Shown here one piece after another: positions 33,801-39,200 of a stretch of DNA of 64,000 bases. The DNA is taken from assembly GCA_964387845.1 (NCBI GenBank), contig CAYLXA010000009.1, positions 32,001 to 96,000 of the forward strand, given 5' to 3'. Made by a program: the position numbers and the translations under genes. Every line of letters begins with the position of its first letter. Within the stretch, counting starts at the first letter, position 1. A model generated the notes under the pieces. It was given only the letters and a program-made list of their open reading frames with translations, had not been told where the DNA came from and ran no database searches. The DNA comes from an uncultured bacterium (GTDB lineage: Bacteria; Omnitrophota; Omnitrophia; Omnitrophales; Abzuiibacteriaceae).

Positions 33801-35973
33801 GAAAACGCGCGATATCAATCGGAAAATCGCGAGTTGCCCATACGCCATTGGCGTTGATGTCGGCAAGGATGGTCCGCAAACGGACTTGATGCGGCTCAAC
33901 TGGTTGAACGGAAATAATACCTTCTTCAAATACTTGGGTCGCAGGGCCCTTCCGGCCGCGCGGTTTTACCCACACCCTTTGATAAGCTTGTTTTTCAAAA
34001 GAACCGTCAGGAAGTTTTTCGGGCAATCTGCCGATGCGAAGCTGTTTCAGTAAATTAGACGGCGCATACTCGTCGCCTTCTAATCTTGATAATAGGTCAA
34101 GCTGATCAACGATATCCTCAATACCATGCCGAAGCGCCCAGCCAAACGGCCCGGAGGTGACAACGCCCATTTTTTCGCCGATTTTCCGGTAATTGGCATC
34201 TTCGCGGGTAATCGCAAAAATACCGTCGTCAAACCGGATACCTTCTCCGATTTTTGTCGGAAAGTAAGTGCCCCACCGCATCGCTGTTTCAACATCGGCA
34301 AGCGTCGCGGTTCCGTCATCCACGGCCCTGGCGGCTTCGTTGACCATGACATAAAGCAGCCGGTTGGGATCAAAACTGCTGACATCTTCGTCGTATTTAA
34401 TTTTCCAGCCTTTTTCTTGATTCCAAGTGTTGAAAAGCGAAATGGCTTCCGCATCATCCTCGGGCTTTCCTTTCGGATATTGATAAAAACCCTTGGCTGA
34501 TTTGCGTCCGAGGCGTCCCTCCTCCGAAAGCGCTTGCACGATCGGATCCGGGCTGAAATATGAATTCAAGCCGTGATGCAGACTTTCCATGATGGAATCG
34601 TTGGTATCGTGGCCGATCGTGTCCATCAAATCAAACGGATCCATCGGCATACCGAATTCTTTCGCAGCAGCTACAATTTGCTTAAAAGATGCCTGGCCCG
34701 TGCGCAGCAAACGAAGCGCTTCATTAAAATAGGCATAAAGGACGCGATTGACGATGTAGCCGTTGTTGTCTTTGACAACAACCGCGACTTTGTTCATTTG
34801 CTTGGCGTAGGTTTTGGCAAGCTTGACAACATTTGAATCTGTGTGAGCAGTCGGCGCAATTTCAACCAACTTCATGAGCGGTACAGGATTAAACGGATGA
34901 AAGCCGATAACCCGCTTCTTCCATGCGTCCGGCAAATCGGTAATCAAATCGCTCACCCGCAAAGATGAAGTAGTGGTGCCGATCATGCGGAGCGAAACCG
35001 GCTTGCCCGCTGCCGCGCGCCTTTCAGCCTCCTCAACAACGGCCTTGAAAAGTGCTTTTTTGAAACTGGGGTCTTCGCTGATGGATTCAATCAAGATTTC
35101 GGGGTCATCTGCGAGGAGCTCTGCTACGTGCTCTTGAATGGTTTCGCCCGTAAAAGTATGCAGGTTTGCTTTCCACGCATCGACTTGGGCGGTCTTTTCA
35201 TGTGTTTTTTCGCTGATTTGTGCGTCAATTGCGGCCGCATCGGCTCCCTGCTCGGTTTTTTTCTTCTTCAGCGCTTTAATACCGGTCGATATTTCGGCGG
35301 CAGAATCCAGGGCGGCAACAATACTGTCTTTCCGGTTGGGATCAATCGCTTCATGCATTCGGTCGCGGTGGCGCGTGGCAATACCGACTTGAATACCGGA
35401 TGTTAACGAATTAACCGCAACTCCCTTTCCTATAATACCGGCGCCGAAGACCGCTACACGCGATACCGAATGCGGAACATCATTGCGGAGTTCAGACCGT
35501 ACGATCGCGGTGTATGCGAATGCAACTTGCATCGGTGCGGGAATCACAAGCAATGAGTTGTTAATTGACTGGCGAATCGCCGATACGGCTCGCGCCGCAA
35601 AATTAGAAATGGAAGAGACAAGATCAAAAGAAGCGCCTGATGAGCGTACGCTTTCAGTCGCTGCAGAAACTTGATTGCCTGATGCCGGCGTTGTGTCGAG
35701 ACCAGTTACAATGCTCGCATTAGGATTCAATTCCTCGTCAACGCGGGCTCTGCTGGTTTTTGCCGCCAGGCCAAGCAAGTCGCGGACTTCAGCTGAAACA
35801 CTTCCTGCGTTTTCGGCTGCTCTAGGCGGAATCGTGTCGTTTTGCTGGCTGACAGACGGAAAAATGTAAGAAACTTCGGAATAAGCGATCGTATTGGTAA
35901 ATGAAAATGTGAGGACAAGGACTGCTGAAATAATTTTTTGAACTGATTTTGCCGGCGAATTTTTCATTTTCAT
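18817..35973 (-). CDS. Giant polyprotein-like gene of 5718 aa. It has a signal-peptide-like leader and a string of CoA-ester metabolism modules: 3-hydroxyacyl-CoA dehydrogenase, an MDR-type enoyl reductase-like module, methylmalonyl-CoA mutase, a second 3-hydroxyacyl-CoA dehydrogenase, an AMP-forming acyl-CoA synthetase, an HpcH/HpaI-like lyase, an acyl-CoA dehydrogenase, and the conserved C-terminal domain. Eight exact RSELR motifs plus one variant.
   Basis: Stop-free frame of 17.2 kb with an ATG start at 35971..35973. Leader: MKMKNSPAKSVQKIISAVLVLTFSFTNTIAYSE. Confidence 0.8.
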   Translation of the reverse strand: MKMKNSPAKSVQKIISAVLVLTFSFTNTIAYSEVSYIFPSVSQQNDTIPPRAAENAGSVSAEVRDLLGLAAKTSRARVDEELNPNASIVTGLDTTPASGNQVSAATESVRSSGASFDLVSSISNFAARAVSAIRQSINNSLLVIPAPMQVAFAYTAIVRSELRNDVPHSVSRVAVFGAGIIGKGVAVNSLTSGIQVGIATRHRDRMHEAIDPNRKDSIVAALDSAAEISTGIKALKKKKTEQGADAAAIDAQISEKTHEKTAQVDAWKANLHTFTGETIQEHVAELLADDPEILIESISEDPSFKKALFKAVVEEAERRAAAGKPVSLRMIGTTTSSLRVSDLITDLPDAWKKRVIGFHPFNPVPLMKLVEIAPTAHTDSNVVKLAKTYAKQMNKVAVVVKDNNGYIVNRVLYAYFNEALRLLRTGQASFKQIVAAAKEFGMPMDPFDLMDTIGHDTNDSIMESLHHGLNSYFSPDPIVQALSEEGRLGRKSAKGFYQYPKGKPEDDAEAISLFNTWNQEKGWKIKYDEDVSSFDPNRLLYVMVNEAARAVDDGTATLADVETAMRWGTYFPTKIGEGIRFDDGIFAITREDANYRKIGEKMGVVTSGPFGWALRHGIEDIVDQLDLLSRLEGDEYAPSNLLKQLRIGRLPEKLPDGSFEKQAYQRVWVKPRGRKGPATQVFEEGIISVQPVEPHQVRLRTILADINANGVWATRDFPIDIARFHKELGTVLGSAGLMIVTEVGSLASQQNALKVGDMVIMLSGTHDLLVLDAFGGSAQAHRSFRILAYEAKNAFEGSFGQETVLSAIEVVRVEDGAYDFEQLGPVGLVYPTVEHALNVLGVKKDQVLLNEGGAGGTGGPATQLAKFRGAQVITTVSSAQNEEVARKVYGADEVIYRTSISDEASYVAAVDKAMERLGRPGARPNKALFSSGQKMAGLHFAALREGDPKDPNDMGGQAAFFGAGATGFAHEHFGTRDDAPISVMFARAKNLRSNRYRVPRMRRVMVAGSDERAKESVIEAKKNRATVVVVARDQAEEAVIRNWGLLDERTKFGRKVPDGILRLDHVQNVVGLRQAFEVVLKERGIKDKKMKSIIPLSFGKSIFDEVKSGNFGNILENKKFISELGQSEEVVREILSKVQAQLNASAESAGRYFQRMPDPPQVLSDTSTADENSEFEKRQKAFSAYQTSVVLPFGEALGEVFGKRKDGTPFGPDVSVVLWDGEDGEQILNPLTFVGFFSQIIYPNDTSKLSLRYHAANTWMTQVSILLSRKVMLGSHYASGSEASAVVDWIMRGEIIPPPAKLFSWPDLPKAVESQGTGKNNILAGVQEGGIKTIAEAYEKQVHRDQVRNIKLALRVIETAKEQGIVYDPYAAYEPRTPAEDKLSSAVFEAWQAIAHSDSAAVQEALGLEPDTDELFERIENRLPDIFAVAEAYAIARAADPARGDVYIEILKTVPEINIENKSPAEILDEIKTQMQERYQRVAKENEAEGEKINAAYEKLLDVSVASFESHLTAEMQRLQAERAAGEWVFPVEEAKAPYTAEELLEGTSGSDAAGLIGTTGPITVGDANKEAVLREMGDVSQEMLNHFTALALDPSMGIRYRQILLTIGDEDVTNMKHREFRAFLIKRLTERLQKKQQDQDIAIALKEIQEMTAEEFNKRLLRSVDEITAESEQKFREVRGIRSELRAASSGFDADAWLEGYDFDAGTQEPTPEERVGAVAAKAAVSGPVGAPAEWVAQVIEMSGRPANRSELHIALGVLGQAGQYPFTRGIHPSMYVGRFGGRLPVNRKYSGFGTADETRELFLKQIEAGATGLSTAFDLPTQLGLDPTNELTLGEVGKAGISVASLKDYEALFTPEVMKLLTAKRIGVSKTINAPASILLAMFIAAAKKAGVDVKELRGTVQNDIIKEMAVGRRDTFIFPLKPSLRLIRDIFAFAKDAVPYFNTISVTGYHAREAGATAVEELVSAFVSGIEYLTVAQEAGQNVEEVAKQVSFFMNVKMNSLEEVAKYRAGRRIWAQIMKEGFGVQDPRAMHWRVQAYTGGTDLRAHKPHVNIVRDAIRTVTAVFTGAQGFNTTSFDEAIAIPTAESQAISLDTGNIVLNETGITEFIDPLGGAKNSYVETLTDRIERQVWSMLGEYVKQSDLTKVLSDLNERVLQHAYEETKAIDSGTKKVVGVNIETEGDKLAPPVKIFSVDSKGDTFRTKQIEALEELKSERDNTLVAEKLDAVEAAAKSESTNLMPSIIEAVEAYATIGEITERLKNVFGVADRETPWEGEFVPLFNEKLRNYLTEQSAQLASVPEPSFNQPESAQFPYTGGINREIEDAANSYVVNGFELGETGVTAAQELAWSLHKALEFVFAADDSKIQTERARSVVFRLNAGNQFLENVAKFRVARELWATLLKEKGIEDTEAQQLRIIARTDASSLVTEKSWNNIARGALQAFAAKLGGAQKIEVRPFDLPFGIRTRWSAWAEQLAKDTVAVLEYEAGLEGVRDPLGGSFVIEELTSQLIDATRKFLLQDVPVSASDITRAADMKTAKIVAGLTPLVGVTAFREGPNPQPEPLVRDAREPFSKTRVVTTADLVSDDPKIREYAARIFAIAGDQLIDVVRQNPVIYNHSVPVERDLLPAIGHSSAASAGLAVSAENFAKIRVLWGEQDHPLSDVPTGVGVNEFEITVGGADGSPRILDILTDTPDSPRNTITKHIAKFGEGIQQVEIWTPNIEAAAADIVEAAKSKTSGIILVDQAPRPGANGTTVFFTLVSIQGGKKVLTELVQMPRSELRSRHEDNYVAVLGAGKMGSRIAQVAAQNGELWTSLYDISPEMIQKAQKTLQDSFRKAHENGKLSEAQLGQLDNLLDYGTSLPEAVASKGIIIEAAVEDKAVKQALFRQLDKLAKEGAILATNTTTIPIEELAEAVSAERKQYVIGIHFQLPAHVNELVEIVVGRETSPETVERAKMFVRTVGKTAIVVKSQPGFVTSRLIIPVLNHALRIADEGAPATILGGIGVNMENVNFATIDEAFKMALGAAQGAAELVAKYIAPDIVANSQRILHSAYPDQFYAPSPSLLDFESQFNEARRVEFSAGETLPNNVVGAVRDFILGGVFLVAWQLIDENAILDVESPEEAKEGIDVAVRLAFKWEKGIFKQMTEIGAAGVLSLVQEVADRYSVTIPRSLLEWVSDAPQPVNMEDLDLNPSPMVPDHATISMRAQVTSEIEARNYHIVRMIDDAIEKYPKQTIRLARSASAVVPMENQSITYEQLGQWAGRFSAELIRSGIEKGDRVAVMMPNSAYDLAVDLGIWRAGAVRVPFETLWNRSDIVRHLKETGAKALVILTDYYRKDDLRNIVQEFPNLRIYVSDLGEHRLRHGTAKVLDDIFNTPTNGAPSRRPVYEKNIAQLSPSTGTSGTPKIVAQTHANIAATLGQYQDWLKDVEPGPAVIPLQPKTYGTHVVFASMLQGRPIILAPRLPYNQTSASFVDGLAQTLAESNAKLLFAVPAIFHSLAQSGRKFPGLIGLSRGSALGKVKGAFEEATGARLIEGYGLTEATSTITNPINAEKPGTVGKPNRDVVARVVKPGTWDIIAGSQEGELIVSAPQVMREYWNDPKATKEALTQKIGLTWVRTGDLATIDSEGYVTITGRTKNVIITGSQNVNPGEVEKVISNFQGVNEVAVVGINDPAYFDQVVHGEAGVISDDDFAELVGHFDEVVVAFVTEAWFGALKGREEEIIESAKESLAHYKAPKRVVIVSSLPRTGDLQKIDRNRLKSPEFVRSELREISLDQVTNAEVKQALLTAFGNDEAHAVKDLNYRYENWKVVKPDVTADEVAARLAWEYMPREVQNVFPGDNWKFMLLAARAGMKAPILLLDLEDAVATIRKELAREVIIQLIRLFKGEILTQEQVDFLKKNALQANDEKDPIDKYLIELPDDTDYSDYRMLSEDEWDEIHSRNRRFQLKEEARFHKDQMILFRPNNLRTKWSAGDYSIVFRAIGHLIDGIYMPKVFGPQDVRIGVANLRAIQAEQKWVNRPVGSHKVFVLTELPGGTLNAERILSIAPEVEEAQLGVVDYTAATGGKNEVQHEQFPYMRSALLDIVEAGKKTGKVAGTGITVKLEVEPTTADTEKFIKIGMNRKWSVHPNHLKGMEPFLGQFPPVIRKHPDYDYKKLPEIKLADLDKMAADSKPILPPEVFVPRDVSLARSIVSVDVNDYEALNIAMNSEVDIIKINLDSAPASWWQDGSFKDSIQKLKGLMLPGEHEKIIWIETAKSNPIERLKDIFPLLASSVTGIVYQNTQSAKEIRELDGFLSEFEHDYRYLTGGFEIVPSISDPKAIEQEAKAFEESETQSIMRASRRVTAAIFDVDGNMVHEAEDDPTTKGYNYYHSLFIALTAYSKIDAIDGYSSDENVTHEAERVANWGFAGKLAKANQVDEINRLLSPQRADTVGAMPVFDLKTDEGKAAKKEWLKSDAGKAYAKAWKNSTERDLAIIEDYAVADQDRGLGAVGFKDPVTGALEIVDAASARIPFIQMERAMKIPGILSDAEKERYTKARARLLLALRPGGRTEDNALSVFAGQKILGNALIMREWMVKLFAMEGDRNRFHLLKEYAEASKFGALVAHGLLTVSKMLARTQEELPGYEFIGIGDEGSAVESAKFSAPVKFDDVVTPVIEVMSISENGVAKLKIQVVNQAGKVVAEIVANMKPRPADEPFDTSKPTQSQIDQAKAWSEGVTHSVPKQIFDFTDSASPRIQDTSSPNENPSGLLPVTVTEDYLNGVRVIAESNDPRLVNILAAIKVAARMSAEAVPGHLLLNVTDLATFNHDIRPGDVIDIRAIAPAADKIKVTREKLPIVPVTYEARNGKNALLIRANTLKMMDAMEKEVLDKAKAGHPERSEGSATVDSSAAPQNDKALVPFAESTPKSGDFLLYGRANVAEGTLQFPEDLAGHEEINAMNEAIANFFKSAVVPESEKIDSGAVKVEDEGGILQQAGEMGLLGMSVPEEYGLGNFKKIMKTLADMWAWYANPSVGSLVRVHGGVGTLPIVKFGTEEQKRKYLPKLATGEWIGAYALTETAHGSDSLNRESVLKTKAVLKKDETTGEEYYEITGEKAFITNGRFMDVMTVFAMTGENEKSVFIVEFPKDAEARKAAGISISNDYHKTGLHGSSTVDVYFENARVPKENLLGQLGDGNKIGMSILNHGRTAVAAGSWGGALRSFERTLNWSLDRIQFGTQLANWGAVQETLADMEAYTYALESISYSLAGLFDGGVSEPGLEAAAAKAWGSEVLNRLTSEAVQKRGGAGFMVEEQVARTNADARVMTIFEGANEILYSQVIASAVLKYLESEVWKNDRQLLQGWDIPDQSPLQRDWEIVWNVSALVEKAGEELIERFGGAKAIKDKKEVQSYFMAFGKMVSELFALVSVVNRTQHRIDLGLESDHELNMTKVLVLEGVERIQQLESRFSGTYTLTSSEFELDLGSLIKTKHAIAQHTLEKTGKWERSELRKESFESLVSSFKFKPETKNQKLETRSELRLTAVPSSAFGSLDTSSMIPAAVTTRIRSKVEAGRRQFTRARSEEPQAAIRQFMQAQDGAGVETAVGNILTEGLLINEDVLWALPIILENSADPTALIALDPASETAIRAAVADVNSDRFVIVRDFVQARSELRKLGAKNFRIIASKESDATSAEMLKRYASQVVFVGRSEVKALFNAFGITQIAESLRSELRNVIELGRAA
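19437..19507. repeat. In-frame palindromic heptamer element (TTTCTAG/CTAGAGA type) inside the 5718-aa gene. It is flanked on both sides by RSELR codons and by a 9-bp direct repeat, TTCGGAACG.
   Basis: Element tttctagtttctggtttttagtttctggtttaaacttgaaactagagactagagactcgaaact. The direct repeat is at 19429..19437 and 19516..19524. The element translates as KESFESLVSSFKFKPETKNQKLET between two RSELR motifs. Confidence 0.7.
19800..21250 (-). other. Acyl-CoA dehydrogenase module.
   Basis: AYALTETAHGSDS and GGAGFMVEEQVARTNADARVMTIFEGANEI. Confidence 0.7.
23560..24650 (-). other. HpcH/HpaI aldolase / citrate-lyase-beta / malyl-CoA-lyase-like module.
   Basis: LLLDLEDAVA motif and overall architecture. 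Assignment is tentative. Confidence 0.45.
24700..26350 (-). other. AMP-forming acyl-CoA synthetase/ligase module.
   Basis: SPSTGTSGTPK, GYGLTEATS, and HYKAPKRVVIVSSLPRTGDLQKIDR. Followed by RSELR. Confidence 0.7.
26750..27615 (-). other. 3-hydroxyacyl-CoA dehydrogenase module 2.
   Basis: VAVLGAGKMGSRIAQ Rossmann motif directly after PRSELRSRHEDNY; HFQLPAHVNELVEIV. Confidence 0.65.
28300..30740 (-). other. Methylmalonyl-CoA mutase-like catalytic module.
   Basis: QYPFTRGIHPSMYVGRF, YSGFGTADETRELF, TGLSTAFDLPTQLG and DPLGGSFVIEELT. Preceded by the RSELH variant. Confidence 0.7.
34470..35460 (-). other. 3-hydroxyacyl-CoA dehydrogenase module 1.
   Basis: VAVFGAGIIGKG, GFHPFNPVPLMKLVEI, GYIVNRVL and GRKSAKGFYQY. 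RSELR immediately precedes the Rossmann fold. Confidence 0.7.
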
Positions 35974-36145
35974 AGTTTTTCTTTTCCGTTATCTGACTTT
36001 TTTAAAGTTTTGACTTAAAGAGCCAAAGCTCCCCCGAGTAATAAGACTGGGATTTATTGTCGGGTGGATTTATTTGTAGAACCGCAACTGAAAGTCATGG
36101 GTATTACGGAAGTTCTTCCTTTCAATCAGATTTTTACGACAAGCA

Positions 36146-36174
36146 CAAGGTAACATACAGCTTAAACCAAGTCA
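36146..36174 (-). promoter_or_regulatory. Weak candidate promoter (TTGACT-17 nt-TACCTT) in the 270-bp AT-rich gap upstream of the 5718-aa gene.
   Basis: Found by eye only; the -10 is poor. The region 35974..36244 is the only sizeable noncoding gap near this gene. Confidence 0.2.
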
Positions 36175-36244
36175 AATTTTTTTTAAGATATTAGGTAGTT
36201 TTTTACATCTATAAGGGCTTATTTACCGAATATATAGTATAAAA

Positions 36245-39200
36245 CTACGCTGCCCGAGTCATGCTATTGTACAACTGCTTAGTCCTACTCATCTTATCTG
36301 CAAGCGCAACAGTGCTAAATTTCACCTTCAAATCTTCTAATGCCTGCTGTGTCAAAATGACAATCCGAATCTGCTTAAGAAACGGGCTTACATCCTCCCG
36401 CACAACTTCGATTTCCCGGGACGAACCTTCCAAAGTTAGGTAGCCGACATCAAAGATTTTTCTTAATGTAAAGCGGCGGGCGGCATCCTTTGCGGAGCCG
36501 ACGATCATGATTTTTCCGGAAGCCGGCAGCAGTTGGTTTAAACGATAAAGTAAATCTTTATCCTTCTCATCCCGAGTAATAACCGAAAAAGTCACCTGGT
36601 CACCAAACGCTTTTAAAAATGGGACCGCAAACGCCGAAAGCCCTTCATCAAAGAAGAGGCTGGGCGGAATAATAATACCTTGTGCGGCAGTGCTCTTTGG
36701 CGCCGAGCTCACCGCAGAGTCATTTCCCGTAAAGACTTTCCAAGACGCGGAAACTGCCTCTTCGTTTTTGGTCAACTCATCCGGCGAAACTTGATCGGCA
36801 ATGGTTACAAATTCATCCGAATCATTTTCCAAAGCTTCCGGGCGAGTCTCTAAACTCTCAAAGAAATCTGAGCGAAGCTCCGATCTTTCTGCCGGTTTGG
36901 ACGGCTTTGGCTTAAAAGCTTCAACCTCCTGATTGTTTTGGATAATCAAATCACGGCCCGCATCCGGATTGAGGCCTGCCACAAATTCGTTAAAGAGCAT
37001 CTGGCTTGTTTGATGCGTCAAATCGCTTGATTCACGGCGGATGATCCGGTCGCGGCGAACTTTGTCATCGGTTTCAACTAAAACTTGAATATCCGGAACG
37101 ACGGACAACTCGGGCTTCGCCCTTGATAGAAGTAAATCCCCGAAAACACCAGCTACTAACACGATCTTCTTTCCGGATAATGCCTGCTTTAAATCCTTCT
37201 TAAAACGATTCACGTAAACATAATCGATCCATGTTTTATCCGCATCAGGCACAAACAGAAATCCGTCTTCATCCACGATACGCTGATCTTCCGGCACGGT
37301 CGGAGGAAGATAGTCATCACTTTCGATATACTGAATATCCTCTGGAAGAACGCCGGCAGTCCCTTGCTTTGTGATGATTTGTGAAAAAGTACTTTGGCCG
37401 CTGCCTGACAGGCCCGCAATCCGGACCACAACCGGATCTCCTGGTTTTTCCGAAAGTTTGGCCCGTATGAGACCTTGTAGTTGAATAAGCCCTTTTTGAA
37501 GGCCGCTTGTGAGCAACTGTTCGGTAAGGGTATCTTCAAACTTCCTAAGTTCCGAACGCTTAGCCCGAGATGGCTCGATGGTTGATTCGAAAATTTCCCC
37601 ATTTTCTCTATAGTAGCCAAGATTTCGAAAGCGCCAGTAACGCTGGTTGCGGATTTCGTCCGGGGATAATTTGGACAGAGCTTCTAAATTAACGCGGATT
37701 CTTTCAACCATCTTTTGAACCGCGGCATTGTGGTCTAGGTGAGCGCCGCCTGCCGGCTCTTCAACAATTTCATCCACGATTTTAAGCTCTTTCAAACGTT
37801 CCGGTGTCAACGCCAATGAATCGGCAAGTAAAGCCACGTGTTCTGGATCATAATCCCGGAAAATAATTTTGGAAGCCGATTCGGGAGCAATCACGGAATA
37901 ATAGGCGTTCTCTTGAATCAAGACCCGGTTGCCGAGCGCAAGCGCCATCGCGCCGCCTGAGCCGCCTTCGCCCGTAATCACAATAATCACGGGCACCGTC
38001 AGATTGGCAAATGTAAGCAGGTTGAGCGCCACTTCTTTGGCAATTCCGTTATTTTCACCTTCCGGCCCCGAAAAACCGCCCGGTAAATCTAAAAAGGTAA
38101 TCACGGGGAGGCCGTTTGCTTCCGCGTGCTTCAGCAGCTGGCGTGAAAATTGGTAACCGCCATGGAGCGGCATTGCAGAATGCAGCCGTCCCTGTTCCCA
38201 CTGGTAAAGGTACGAACCTGTCTCGTTCTCCGGGTATTTTTTCCTTTCGACTTTACCAGCTTGGCCTTTTTGTGTACCGATCACTACCACTTCTTTTCCA
38301 TGATCCATGCGAACCACGCCGCCCACCACTGCCGGGTCTTTTTGATTGGGCCATACCGTAAACCGGCCTAACGCATTCATATATTCCATGACACGCGGCC
38401 TAAATTGGTCTTTTCCATTAATACGGGCTAACTTGACTACTTCAATCGCTGCGCGGCCGTTTTGTTTGGGTGTAAAATCATTGGGAATTTTTGGCAATGC
38501 TACTGCCGGAACGGCTCGATACTTTCCGCGCAATTCTTGATCGCGGCCCGTTTGATAAAACCTTTCGATCAGGACAGATAAACGGGCTTTTTGGTCTTTC
38601 CGATGCAGAATTCCGTCAATTAAAAGCCCCTCGAACCAAATTTTTGAGTTCTGAAAATCGGCTCCCAGTAAATGAGCGGTTTTTTCGGTAATTCTTAAAA
38701 ATTCCCGGGTCACCCGCTCGCCGGCAAATCCGATCCGGGCTTCGGGTTCTGCAAACAGCAAATCGCCCTGGTTAGAGAAACTGACGGCAGGGCCGGCAAG
38801 CGTGGGATCTGCCATCAATGAAATATAAAGGCCGCCTTCCCGTTTGTATTTGGCAATCGCAACGCTGACTTTGCCCAGCTGCATCATTGAAGTATTGCCT
38901 TCTAAAATGCGTGCGCCGCCTGACTGCGACACAATCACGAGCGGCAGACCTTCTTCATTGGCGCGTTCAACTAATCTCGCGATTTTCTCGCCCATGACGG
39001 AACCAAAAGTTCCGGCAATAAAATAATATTCTAAAACGGCAATCGCTACTTTGCGGCCATTGATATAGCCAACGCCGGTCACGATGGCGTCCTTTTCTTT
39101 CATGCGCTCCTGATTTTCGGCGATGTCTTCCGCATAAGTTTTCTTGCCTTTAAAATTCAGAAAATCCACGGGTTCGAGGCCAGCATTCATTTCTTCAAAC

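Noticed and set aside
35974-36244. A terminator for the 4508-aa gene in the 270-bp gap: the gtagtttt...aaaactac and ggaagaacttcc palindromes.
   Set aside because: The stems are short with large loops and have no U-tract. Not convincing. The gap is more plausibly a promoter region for the 5718-aa gene.
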